Part shown: positions 1 to 11,491 of the stretch, piece by piece
Layout: every line of letters begins with the position of its first letter
Numbering within the stretch: the stretch's first letter is position 1
NCBI RefSeq assembly: GCF_018350175.1
Contig: NC_058368.1
Location: 29,824,001-29,888,000, forward strand
DNA length: 64,000 nt
Source of the DNA: Felis catus
Taxonomy: Eukaryota
Direction of reading: 5' to 3'
Translations under genes and position numbers: made by a program
The notes under the pieces: generated by a model
Database searches by the model: none
Seen by the model: only the letters and a program-made list of their open reading frames with translations
What the model was told of the DNA's origin: nothing

Positions 1-1
1 T

Positions 2-469
2 TTTGATCAAACTGGCTAGGGGTTTATCAATTTTGTTAAATCTTTCAAAGAACCAGCTTCTGGTTTCATTGATCTGTTCTACTGGTTTTTTGGTTTCGAT
101 AGAATTGATTTCTGTTGTAGTCTTTATTATTTCCTGTTTTCTGCTGGTTTTGGGCTTTATTTGCTGTTTCTTTTCCAGCTCTCTAAGGTGTAAGGTTAGG
201 TTATATATCTGAGACCTTTGTTTCTTCTTTAAGAATGCCTGGATTGCAATATACTTCCCTTTTATGACTGCCTTTGCTGCATCCCAGAGGTTCTGGGCTG
301 TGGTGTTATCATTTTCATTGGCTTCCATGTACTCCTCATGGGTCTTTTGTGAACGGCGTATAGGTGGATCTTGCTTTCTTATCCATTCTGTTACCCTATG
401 TCTTTTGATAGAAGCATTTAGTCCAGTGACGTTCAGAATCAGTATTGAAAGGTATGAATTTATTGCCAT
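2..469 (-). pseudogene. L1 ORF2 N-terminus with an in-frame internal deletion of most of the APE endonuclease domain; open to the window edge
   Basis: Manual translation from ATG at 469: MAINSYLSILILNVTGLNASIKRHRVTEWIRKQDPPIRRSQKTH-EE-YMEANENDNTTAQNLWDAAKAVIKGKYIAIQAFLKK...INETRSWFFERFNKIDKPLASLIK. There is no stop in 156 codons. Confidence 0.9.
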
Positions 470-556
470 TATGTTGCTTGTAGAGTTGGAGTTTCTGGTG
501 GTGTTCTCTTGTCCTTTCTAGTCTTTGTTGCTTTTTTCCCCCCATCTTTTCTCCCC

Positions 557-1435
557 TCAGAGAGTCCCCCTTAAAATTTCTTGCAGGGCTGGTTTAGTGG
601 TCATGAACTCCTTAATTTTTGTTTGTCTGGGAACGTTTTAATCTCTCGTATTTTGAATGACAGCCCTGTTGGATAAAGAATTCGTGACTGCATATTTTTC
701 AGATTCAGCACATTGAATATATCCTGCCACTCCTTTCTGGCCTGCCAAGTATCTGTGGATAGGTCTGCTCTGAACCTGATCTGTCTTCCCTTGTATGTTA
801 AGTATTTTTTTTCTCTTGCTGCTTTCATGATTTTCCTTGACTGAATATTTTGTGAATTTGACCATGAAATGCCTTGTTTATGGTCGGTTTTTGTTGAACC
901 TAATGGGAGTCCTCTGGGATTCCATGATTTTGATGTCTGTGTCTTTCCCCAGGTTAGGAAAGTTTTCTGCTATGATTTGCTCACATAACCCTTCAAACCC
1001 TTTTTCTCTCTCTTCCTCTTCTGGGACGCCTATGATTCTGATGTTCGTTTTTAAGGAGTCACTGGTTTCTTTAATTCTTAAATCATGCTTTTTTTTTTTT
1101 TACCTTAGTCTCCCTTTTTTTTTCTACTTCATTATTCTCCATAAGTTTGTCTTCTATATCACTGATTTGCTGCTCTACCGTATCCATCCTTGCCTCCGTG
1201 GCATCCATTGAGATTGCAGCTCAGTTATAGCATTTTTTATTTCATCCTGACTAGCTTTTATTCATTTTATCTTTGCAGAAAGAGATTCTAATCTATTGTC
1301 AACCCCAGATAGTATTCTTATTATCATGATTCTAAATTTTGATTCAGACATCTTGCTTGTATCTGTGTTGATTAAGGCCCTGGCTGTCATTTCTTCCTGC
1401 TCTTTATTTTGGGGTGAATTCCATTGTTTCATCAT
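557..1435 (-). pseudogene. L1 ORF1 (RNA-binding protein), disrupted
   Basis: Peptides MMKQWNSPQNKEQEEMTARALINTDTSKMSE..., ...KAAREKKYLTYKGRQIRFRADLSTDTWQARKEWQDIFNVL... and ...TTKPALQEILRGTL* (TGA at 557-559) match L1 ORF1. There is a premature TGA at 1262-1264 and several frameshifts. Confidence 0.92.
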
Positions 1436-2629
1436 TTTGAAGGAAGAAAAGAAATTAATAAGGTGAAAAAAATTAAAATTAAACAATTAAAAACAACACA
1501 CGGAAAGAAATCAAATAAATGATGCTAGATCCTAGGTATGTTTTGGTCTCTTTGTTGAAAGTAGCTTGATAGATTAGAGAAAAGGGGAAAGATAAGAAAA
1601 GAGGATAAAAAAAGAAAAAAAAGGAAAATATTTGAAAATTTGAAAAAGTGAATACAATGAAATGGAATAAAATGAAATGATTGAAGTAAAATAGAATTTG
1701 GAAAATTTACAAAAAGTAAAAATATAGTAGAAAATAATTAAAGAAAAATATTTTTAATAAAAATTGAAAATAAAAATAATTTTTTCTCTTTCTGTATTCA
1801 AGAAAAAGAAAGGAAAATGGAAAAAAATTGAACAGATGGAACAGCAATCACACTATGATTGAAATTACATCTGTTTCCCATTGAAGTCAAACTATGAAGC
1901 ACTTTATAGTCTGTAAACTAAGCAGGCAGAGAGACTTGTGGTGTTCCTGAAGAGTGAGGTTGGCCCAGTTGTGTGGGGCTTAGTGTAACGGCTCTGTTCT
2001 TCACTACATGGTGCTGCTTAGCTTACTGGGGTGGATTGTTGTGGCACTTGTAGGTGTTTATGTGCGGGAGGTGTGAAAATGGCATCACCCAGCTACCCAG
2101 TCTCTAGTATCAGAACTCTGTTCTCCCTGATCAGCAATTGTGCACCCTTCTTTTGTCTCCAGCTTCCGTCCACTCCCCGCTTTTACACTGCCCCTGACCA
2201 AGCTGTCAGCTTGCCAGACAATACCTTCCTCCTGAATTTTATCTCAGATGTGGCTGTGTTTCACAACCACTCACTTCTGAGGGACTGGAGCTTTGATCTG
2301 CTCAGACCTTCTGGGGGAGGGTCTCACTGAACAATAGCTGGGTGTCGGTTGCACCCAGGAAAGTTTTTGGGACAGTGCTGCCGCCAATGCCCAGGGACTG
2401 TGGCTGCGTCCAGCCTGCCCCAGGAAAAGTTCAAGTGATTGTGTTGCAGCAGCATTTCAGGGATTATGGAAAATCACAACACACATCTGGCGCCAGGCTT
2501 CACCCTTAATGTCCTGTTCCAGCACCAGTGAATGTGGTTGTCCTCTGGGGTTTGCTGGGACCTTGCCTGTGGGGTTCCTGCACAGCCTCTACCAAATGTC
2601 CTCCCACCAGGGGATCTGCTTCTGCTCGT

Positions 2630-2667
2630 GACCCAAGGACCCAAGGACCCCAAGGACCCCAAGGACC
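2630..2667. repeat. Short tandem repeat (ACCC[C]AAGG x4) in the L1 5'UTR
   Basis: acccaagg acccaagg accccaagg accccaagg acc; the source of the QGPQGPQGP and PKDPKDPKD pseudo-peptides. Confidence 0.85.
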
Positions 2668-3142
2668 TCGCTCCCTGCTCTTGGGGATTCACCCTTCCCT
2701 TCAGAGCTCTGCCAGGTATGGAGTTTCAGAGTTTCAGACTCTGTGCTCCCCCTGTTTATAGAGTCATAATGGAATTTGAACCCTCTCCTTTCTCCTCTCT
2801 TCCTGTTTTGTTCAGTCCCTGCGGCTGTTTCCACTTTTCCACTTTCTCTCCAGCTGCTTTGGGGGGGGGGGGGGATGTGCTCTTCCTGTACTCTTCCCCC
2901 CATCTCTGTCCTCTCTCTGCAAGCAAAAACAGCTCCCTGACCTCTGCGGCTTCTCTCTCCCCAGTTCGCCTCTTTGCACTGTGTACCTGCTGACTTCTGT
3001 TGTTCAGGTTGTGCAGATTGTTGTGTTAATCCTCAAATCAGGTTTCTAGGTGTGCAGTATGGTTTAGTGTTGATTTGTCTGTATTTCATGGGTGAGAGAT
3101 GCAAAAAAACTTCCATGCTGTTCCACCATCTTGGACCCTCCC

Positions 3143-3165
3143 TAAACGTTTATTTATTTGTTTTT

Positions 3166-3217
<52 letters not shown>

Positions 3218-3385
3218 ACATGCATGGTGGAGGGACAGAGGGAGAGAGGGAGACAGAGAATCCCAAGCAGGCTACACCACCAGTGCAGAGTTGGATGTAG
3301 GGCTTGAATTCACAGACTGTGAGGTAATGACCTGAGTGAAAACCGAAGAGTCAGACGCTTAACCAAGTGAGCCACCCACGCCCCC
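3143..3385 (-). mobile_element. CanSINE (SINEC_Fc-type) with (GA)n tract, abutting the L1 5' end
   Basis: Reverse complement of a tRNA-derived head (GGGTGGCTCACTTGGTTAAGCGTCTGAC), a CT-repeat at about 3174-3214 and an AAATAAATAAACGTT tail. Confidence 0.92.
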
Positions 3386-3389
3386 CTCC

Positions 3390-3570
3390 TTCACTAACTT
3401 TTAAGTCCAATACAGTATTACCTTAGGCCCCCAGGTGTACAGTGTGTCTCCAGAATCCATTCATCTTGTGTGACTGAAACTTTATGCCCTTTCATCCACA
3501 CCTCCCCTATGCCTCCTCCCTCTAGGCCCTGGAAACCAACATTTTTGTCATTTCTATGTGTTTAATGAGC
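3390..3570 (-). mobile_element. Old L1 (L1MA/L1MB-like) 3' end fragment
   Basis: ctccagaatccattcatcttgtgtgactgaaactttatgccc...ccctggaaaccaac resembles the antisense L1M 3'UTR. Confidence 0.7.
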
Positions 3571-4288
3571 ACATTCTTTTATTTTTGCTTCAAGTTTTGA
3601 GTGAGTATTTATTAATCATGATAACAGTCGGTATTCCTTTCAAGTTACACCAATCAGGTAAAGGGCTTAGCCTCTGAGAATTAAGATCCTCGGTGTCCCT
3701 TGTTACTGTGCTGCCTCCTGGGATGGCCCCACCTCTGCTCATTCTCTTCCCAGGCCTGTAGTAGAAAATGCTGTGATTTACACGTTGATACATTAATACA
3801 GAACAGATTAAATGAGGACAAACTATATCATATGCATAGTTTTAACACATTATAATAAAACATAATTAAAGGTATAAATAATATCTAGTAAAATTCACAA
3901 TATGCAGTAGAATATTTTTTAAAATGTATATTCTTATTTATCTCAAGTAATATGGCAAAAAAGAGCTTCTGGTAAGTTGAAGATTGTGGTAAATTGAGAG
4001 TTGGAATCAGCCCTGGATACCGTCAGCCAAGCAAGCTGTCACCTGTATGTGTGACTTGAGGAAGTGCTGGCAGAGATTTCTAGTCTGAAATTCAAATCCC
4101 ATAGTCTGTCACTTAGTCATCAGATAGTCTTAAGTCTTTTTAAGAATCATTAGTAAAATCCAAACATCCTAGAGAGGGGTTGCACCTTCAGTGTTTAATA
4201 GGTATCCCTGTGTTTACCAGATGTGGGGGTCCATATTCTGTGGCTTCTTAACTCTCGCTTCTACACACTTCCCACTTTTTAGTCCCCA

Positions 4289-4513
4289 TTTTTTTTAAGT
4301 TTATTTATTTATTTTGAGAAAGATAGAATGTACATACATACACGTGCACACAATGGGGAGGCACAGAGATAGCAGGAGAGAGAGAATCCAAAGCAAGCTC
4401 CATGCTGTCAGCACAGAGCCCAAGGTGGGGCTCCATCTCATGAACCATGAGATCATGACCTGAGCCGAAATCAAGAGTCTGATGCTTAACTGACTGAGCT
4501 ACCCAGGTACCTC
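4289..4513 (-). mobile_element. CanSINE with 12-bp TSD
   Basis: Full SINE body. TSD tagtccccattt (4280-4291) / tagtcctcattt (4514-4525). Confidence 0.95.
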
Positions 4514-4699
4514 TAGTCCTCATTTCCTATCTCAAACCTGACAATTCATGCTTTCTATGTCTCATGTCACAAATTTAATAATCTTACAACAGTGTAATCC
4601 ATTTACCTCTCTCCTGACCTTTGCTCTATTTTTTCATCTCTTTTACTTCTTCATAAATTATAAATCCCACCTGACAGCATTGCTATGCTTTCAATAGTT

Positions 4700-7300
4700 T
4701 TCAGGAAATTATGAGAAGAAAATAAAGGAGTGTTTCATGCTTACCCACTTATTTACCAATTCTGGTTCTCTTCATTCCTTCTTGCAGATCCAACTTCCTG
4801 TCTGGTATCCTTTCCCAAGCATAGGGAAGATCTTCTGGAATTTCTTTTAGTGTAAGTCCCCTGGGTAAAAATTTTCTCAGCATTCTTTTGTCTGAACATT
4901 CCTTTCTGCACTTGGCTTTTTTGAAGGACAGTTTTGCTGGGTACAAAATTTGGGGTTGATAGTTTTTTGCTTTTCAGTATTTTAAAGATGGGATTCCATT
5001 GTCTTCTGGCCTCTATTCCTCTTTTTCTTTCTCTCCTCTTCCTTCTTCCCTTCCTCTAATGGTAACACAGCCATTATTTGTATTGTTGTTACCCTGTTTA
5101 TGATGTCTTTTATTCTCTGGCTGTTTTCAAATTTTTCTCTTTACCATTGGTTTTCAACAGTTTGACCATGAATTACCTTGGTTGAGTAGTCCTTATATTT
5201 ATCTTGCTTGTGGTTCACTCAAATTCTTGGATCTATAAGCTGAAAATTTTCATCAAATGTGGGAAATTTTCAGGTATTATTTCTGAGGAGTCCAGCTTCT
5301 GGTTAAAAACCTATGTGGGATTTTTCAGTCTTGGCCATAGGCAATTACAAAGGCTTTCCGTGACATACCTCATGGTGGGAAGCTACCCTCTCCACACCAG
5401 AGTTGGTGCACAGCCAGTACACTGAGGTGTCTGGAGGGAATTGCAGTCAAGGACATGGATCCACTGGTGGGTCACCCTCTTTGCGTGTTTGCATTCTGAG
5501 ACTCAGCACTTTTATTCCTAGATCTCTGTATCTGAGCCCTTATCAGATGTCTTTTTTAGATGCTTCCACTGGGGTCTTCTTATAGGGGTAAAGAGGGAGA
5601 AAACCTGAAGACATTTTCCCCACTCTGACTCAGTGCCCAGTACTTTTCGACTTATAGTCCTCCTCTCCATTCTTCTGACCCCAAGGTCCCTAAAACTGCT
5701 GGAGTCTTTTGTTAGGGGTTCTCTCAACATCGAGACAATTCCCATGTCTGCTCTGATTCACCTGACCCCTGACTGCTGTGCCATTTAATGAAGCAAATAA
5801 AACAAAGAACCAGCATTTTCTCTAATTTTAGCTTCTTGCTTATACCATCATGGTAAGTGATTAAATGCTTAGCTCTTTCATTTTGAGCTTGATGCTTTAA
5901 TCTGCTACTTGGACATCTGACAACTCAGGTCTCTTTCTCTCCGAGCTTCTGACATTTCCTCAAATTATTTTGCTCTCCCATTATCACCTTCTCCTTATGA
6001 GACTCCAGTTACACATGTTAGATTATTTAATATTGTCCTTAGGTCTTTGAGTCCCTGTTCATTTTTATTCTATCTCTTTTTATTCTCTTCTTCAGATTGC
6101 ATGCTTTCTATTGATTTGTCTTCAAGTTCATTGAGTTTTTCTCTTACCACTTTCAATTTGCTCAAAGCCCATGCAGAAAACTTTTCCTTTAAATTATTGA
6201 ACTTTTCAGTTCTGAATTTTCATTTTTTAATGGTTTTCATTTCCTCTGGTGAGATTCTGTATCTTCATTTCATTTTCTTTTAATAATTTGTGTGTAATTC
6301 CTTTAATTCTTTGAATATATTTATGATATCTTCTTTGCATCATAAATTACATATATGGAACACCTCTAGGTTGGTTTCTACTACCTGCTTTTTTTTTGGA
6401 CTATGCATTACATTTTACTTTGTGTGTGTATGTGTGAGTGTGTCTAGTAATTTTTGGTTTTATACTGGATGTTGTGGTTGAATCAGTGAGGAAGTTGAGG
6501 GTGAATCAGTAACATTCCTTTGTTGATTTTTGTTTTCATAGGTGGTGGAATTACTGGTAGATCACCTTGAATTTGTATAAGCCTTGTTTTTTTTTTTTTT
6601 TTTTTTTTTTTAGGGAATATCTGTGAAAATTCCAACGTTTTTTCAAATCATGATAACTTTAACCTGTGGGACTACGTCTCCATCACTATTTCTTCTGGCA
6701 ATCATATCAAGGCTTGGTTTTAGACTTTGGTAGTGTAGGTCTATTGTAAATTTTACTTCGGGGTATGATTTTTACTCCTGAGGAGTGGTATTTCTCATGT
6801 CTCAACAGGGTGCCTCGACTGTGCACAAGGTGTTATCAAGGTCTCTCCATTCTTGCTGACAACATCCCCCAACACTGCTTAACCTTACGTATTTCTGGTT
6901 TGCTCTCAACCCAAGAATAGACAAATTCTGGTACACTTTGTGTACCACACTTTGTGTGTCAAACTCTCTCTACCCATGTATAGTTCAGTCCTTGACTAAG
7001 CACTTACAGAGATCCCCACACGGGATCCTTCCCTCTGTATAGATCCTTCAACGTCTGTGCCCCACCTCACAGAATCCACTCCAGTTACCCCAAACTCTTG
7101 GTCTCTGCCTACTGAACTTACCAGGACTTCTGTGGTCTGCTTGGTCTCCAGTTTACTTATGTCATCCACTTGGGAAATCACTCCCTGGTGTAGAGCTGGG
7201 GGTTCAACTTGTGAATTTCACTTCTGTTTTGTGATTTTTGTATGTGATTTATGAAAAAATTTGTGTCATATGTTTTGTTTTTAAGTTGTTTTGGCAGGAG
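4700..7300 (-). mobile_element. Old L1M (ORF1/5' region), interrupted by a solo LTR at 5284-5954
   Basis: Peptide YPAKLSFKK...SDKRMLRKF...TLKEI matches the L1 ORF1 C-terminus. T-rich antisense ORF1-like sequence resumes directly after the LTR (caggtattatttc|ctcaaattattttg). Outer boundaries are approximate. Confidence 0.72.
5284..5954 (-). mobile_element. Solo LTR, probably ERV1 class
   Basis: TG...CA termini with an exact 4-bp TSD TTTC (5280-5283 / 5955-5958). Minus-strand TATAAG at about 5579-5584 and AATAAA at about 5511-5516. Confidence 0.8.
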
Positions 7301-7607
7301 GACAAATCTAGTATTTGTTACGGGAAACAGAAATCCCCACTGTGGATTCTTGAACAAGGGATAAGGAGAGGGTGTTGATGGGCAATGATAAAGGTGTCTG
7401 GTAGAAAGGAGAACTTAAGAGTGGAGACACTGAGTAGGAGGCATTTCCATCTTCTAGGCTGAGAACTAAGATCAGGATGAGGTTTGAAGAAATACAAACA
7501 AAAGGGAAACACCATGCTGGAGAAATAATCAGTGTTAAGTTAGTGATAAATTGGATGTGAAAATGAAGAAAAAAGTTTAAAATGGTGCCAGAAATGCTTG
7601 AAAAAGG

Positions 7608-7845
7608 AGTTCTTATCTCTGAGTATAAATACTGAAATATTTATGGATGAAATGATATCATGTCTGGGATTGATTCAAAATAATCAAATGCAGGGATGAA
7701 GGTGGGGAAAGGGTAGGGGTGGAGGTGAGATGAGAGAGACCACAGATGATAATTGTTGAAGCTAGGTTATGAGTCCATGAGGGTAAATTACATGAATTAT
7801 ATTTTTCTACTTTTGTATATATTTGACATCTTCAAATTAAAAAAA
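7608..7845 (+). mobile_element. L1MC/L1ME-like 3' end fragment
   Basis: atactgaaatatttatggatgaaatgatatcatgtctgggatt...gataattgttgaagctagg...ctacttttgtatatatttga followed by an A-tail. Confidence 0.75.
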
Positions 7846-9214
7846 TCAAACAAGACAAAACAAAAATGAGCAGGTTATAAAGCTGGGAGGTGGAGTGTTG
7901 ATGAAATTGGGGAGAGTGCCCATTTCCAAGGTGGAGGGAGAGGGGATAAGCCAGTGATAGTTCGTTAATGTCTAAAACGGACTTTTATGCAAAAGTGGTT
8001 TTAAAAATGGTTTGCTTAAGCTGACTCTTTCTGTTCCTTTGGAAGTGTCATCAAGTTCAAGGTATATTTGATTATCTGTTTGAAGATATGGGTCACACAG
8101 TACATGCCGAACAGAGGCTGTGGCATCTAGGCCATGTATTTATCCAACTCTAGATTCATTGCTGGCTGCTCACATTAGCTGATAAAGCCCTTTGTGGTCT
8201 GGGGCCCAGACTACAATGGACAGGTTTGGTCAGACTCTGGCACATATCTCCCAGAGTGGTTCCTGGAATAATTTCTAGAGGCATTTTGCTGTACTCTCTC
8301 TTTCTGCATCACCTCCCTGGCCAGCTGTACATGCCTGGAGGCTCCCCGAATCTTGCTTGCTCTCACCTGCTTCCTTCCAACTAACTGTGGACTCTGTAAT
8401 TGAGCTCAAGAGAGGGGACTGTTCCCATAGCCTAAGGAGTTTCAGGAGAAGTAGAGAGACTTTTTTTACAAGTTAATAATAATAATAATAAATCACTCAT
8501 TTTCTTCTTCTACTTTCCCCTTTCTTTTCTCATTATTCGACAAATCCTTTTAGGGGCCGTCATGTGCCTAGTTTGGTGTTAAAGAGGGGTTGGGCTCAAA
8601 GGTGATCAGGACGCAGGTCCTTCTTCAAGGAAGGATGAAAAACATACGCATAGTGTGATAGAGAAACTCACAAGTGCCATGTGAGATATCTGTATGGGCA
8701 CTGGAGGGACACAAGGAACAAGTGGATGACCGCCATTACTATTTTCCCTCTCCTTGGGTTTGGGTTTTAATACTGTCCTTGTGACCTATGCATAACCTGG
8801 ATTCTCTCTGAATCTCCATTTTTTTTTCATTTTAAAATAAGCCTAAGTATACCCACTTACACAGCTTTTGGGAGTGTCAAATTTAAAAAAGTCTAAAAGG
8901 ATTTTTGCAAACCACAGGGGTTGATGAAGATGATTATCTTTCCTTCTTCCCAGGCACACCGGTGGGAACTGTGGGCCCAGCTTTTCCCAGCTGACCGACA
9001 CTCAAATGATCGTTGCCACCCGCACACTCAGCCATATTAAGATAAGCTGGGGGCTGCAACCATTTCCAGGGAAGATCTGCAGGTAAGAGGAAACTTCATT
9101 TTGCCATGTAGGTAATAAATCTTCTGCCTATTGACTTTTAAAAGTGTAGAGGCAAATGTGCCATTTGTCTGGTTAATACCTACCACCACCTCAACATTTG
9201 TTGTGCTGTACAGT

Positions 9215-9395
9215 TTACAAAGTACTTCTAAAGTCACAAATCGCTGGTGTCTCATAATATCCCTTTGACTCGGTAGAATAGATTTCATTTTGACCCTCAT
9301 TTGCAGATGCAGAAAATATGGCCCAGAGATGTTAACTGATTTGCCCAAGATCCATAGCTAGCAGTGGAGCCCACACTGAATTCTGATCTTCTCTT
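9215..9395 (-). mobile_element. MIR
   Basis: Antisense MIR core: ctcatttgcagatgcagaaaatatggcccagagatgttaactgatttgcccaagatc. Confidence 0.75.
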
Positions 9396-10824
9396 TCCTA
9401 ATCTTTGAAATCACCAGCTCCTCCCTGTAAGAGTCTAGGGCCTGCAGGGGTCCCCTTTGATGTCTTTAGAAGAAGGTTTCAAACAAATTTTTAAAATGTT
9501 TAAGAAATTATTTGTATTTTGATGGGTCATGGGCGTCTGAACCCCCCCCCCCCCCCAGGCCCTAATGCAGTCACAATAAATCAAACAAACAAATAACCAT
9601 CTCCATTGTTTTGTGGATTATTTCCCCATGAGGCAGATGTTTACTTTTCACAAATGAAAGCTCATTGTTGTCAGGAACATTTAAGAGGCTTAACCTGTCT
9701 CCTCTGGCATATGGCGCTGGCTTTTCATGATAAAACTGGCTGTGTGCAGCGGCAGACGAAATTGCAAGCCTCTCTCTGAAACTTCATCAGTTGCTATTGC
9801 GGGGCGTCACTGCTTTTGGATGCAGGGACTCGTCTGGGCCTCTTCCACCGTGAAAGGGGGAAAAAAAACCCAGAAAGCCTGTTTCCTTTGGTGGAAAATA
9901 CTCATATTTTAATGGGTATGATGTCATGAATTATTAAACTAGCTTAACTTTAAAGCCGAGCCGAAAGAACACAGAGTGAAGAATGACCTTGAGCCTCTTG
10001 AAAAATGGGAATGTTGACTGTGCCTGCAGACTCAAAGATGGATTTCTACTTTAGTTTATATTTATGCAACTGTGAAACTTGGTCCCTTGTTCCCAGAGAA
10101 ATCCTTTGTGCAGCCGTGTGGAGAAAGTTATTACATTTTAGTGCAGAAGAAGCTGTAAAGTTTCTTTCCTCATGTCTCATGAAAACTGGAGCAATAGCGA
10201 TCTTTGTGCTGAGGGATGGCCCCGAGGAACGAGATGCAGGGTCTCAGAAGACAAAAGGAAGCAGATAGGTATTGTTCTTGGAAAAAAAAAAAAAAAAAGC
10301 CTAACATTAGGTTCTTCTAAGGGGTTTGTGCATAACCCAGGTCCTGCTACAGTGCTCTCTTATTTCTGATTCAAGGTGAATCAAAGGAACATAGGGTCCA
10401 GAAGGACCAGGATGATCTGCCAGGGTAGCCTGACCACATGATAGGCCCTGCGGCACCTCCCTCTATAACTAGTGTGGAGAGCTCCTGAGAGAGTGTGTGA
10501 TGTTGGGGAAGATCTTTCAAAGCTTTGGGTTCAGCTATTCCAGGCTCATTCTCGGGCTGCAGGTTGCTGGGCCGAACCACAGACACCAAGAACAGGGTGA
10601 GTGTTCTCGATTCCTCCAGTGGGTGCTGTGAAGCTACATCTCCACCCATGGACACTGGTGACTCAAATTCTCTCTTTGTTTCACGTGACCAAGTTCAATG
10701 AGCAGTCTCTACAGACAGGGGATGAGAATGGGTGGGGGTGGGGGGGCGGCAGTGGAGGAACCAGTGATCACTGAGGGTCTAAAGTGCTTAGCTCAGTCTT
10801 ATGATTCATCATGTGAGTGCACAG

Positions 10825-10930
10825 CATTATCTCCATTTTACAGGCCAAGAAACTGAGGCTCACTGTGTAAGATTCTTGACATCACATGGTTGCTGACAGA
10901 TTTGAATCTAGATCTCTCTGACATCAGACG
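10825..10930 (-). mobile_element. MIR
   Basis: attatctccattttacaggccaagaaactgaggctca...tttgaatctagatctctctgac. Confidence 0.7.
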
Positions 10931-11016
10931 TTTATGTGAATTTACCATTCTTAACTATGGAGTTTGGTTTGACTCTGTTTTTACTATCTTCTCACTCATT
11001 TCTTTGAATTCTTGGC

Positions 11017-11491
11017 TGTTATCTGCTGATGTCTTCTGTTAGTTCCTCCAGATTTACTCTCCATCCTTCTGCACTCTGCCCTGCAATGTGGAGGATGGAC
11101 CTATCTTGGCTGTTTCAATGGTGCCCTTGTTCTTTGGCTCACAGCTGGGTTTGGCCAAGGTGAGACGCAAACAAGGCACTGGACAGCAGGTGGGTGGGAA
11201 ATGAGATTGGTGCGTTTATTTTCCCCATTTTTCTCTCTGTTGGGTTCTCTCCCGAAGACTACTGCTTTTCCAGGTGGCCCTCTGCATGCAGCTCCCCTCC
11301 CTCGGTTTGACTAGCTGCTCCCTCCCCTGCCACTTTGGGCTTAGGGGCTGGTAACAGCTGCTGCACAATGCCCTGTGCTTTCTTCAGCTCTGCTCACACT
11401 CTGTAAATTAGCACCTATAAGGGGGTTAGGGCAATTGGATCGCTCAACATGAGCGTGCCATTTGCTACCTTCTGGCACCTTTACTGATACA
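11017..11491 (+). mobile_element. ERVL solo LTR (LTR33-like)
   Basis: ctgggtttggccaaggtgag...gtttattttcccc...gagcgtgccatttgctaccttctggcacctttactgataca; the end is typical of LTR33. Confidence 0.65.

Larger units (their letters stand above)
1..3142 (-). mobile_element. LINE-1 (felid/carnivore L1), 5' portion: 5'UTR, ORF1 and start of ORF2; continues beyond the left edge
   Basis: The minus strand begins GGGAGGGTCCAAGATGG at 3142 (L1 5' end with YY1-type AAGATGG at 3126-3132). A long 5'UTR follows, then ORF1- and ORF2-like peptides in canonical order. Confidence 0.95.

Noticed and set aside
2528..2993. Collagen-like QGPQGPQGP and PKDPKDPKD peptides
   Set aside because: Produced by a short 8-9-bp tandem repeat in the L1 5'UTR.
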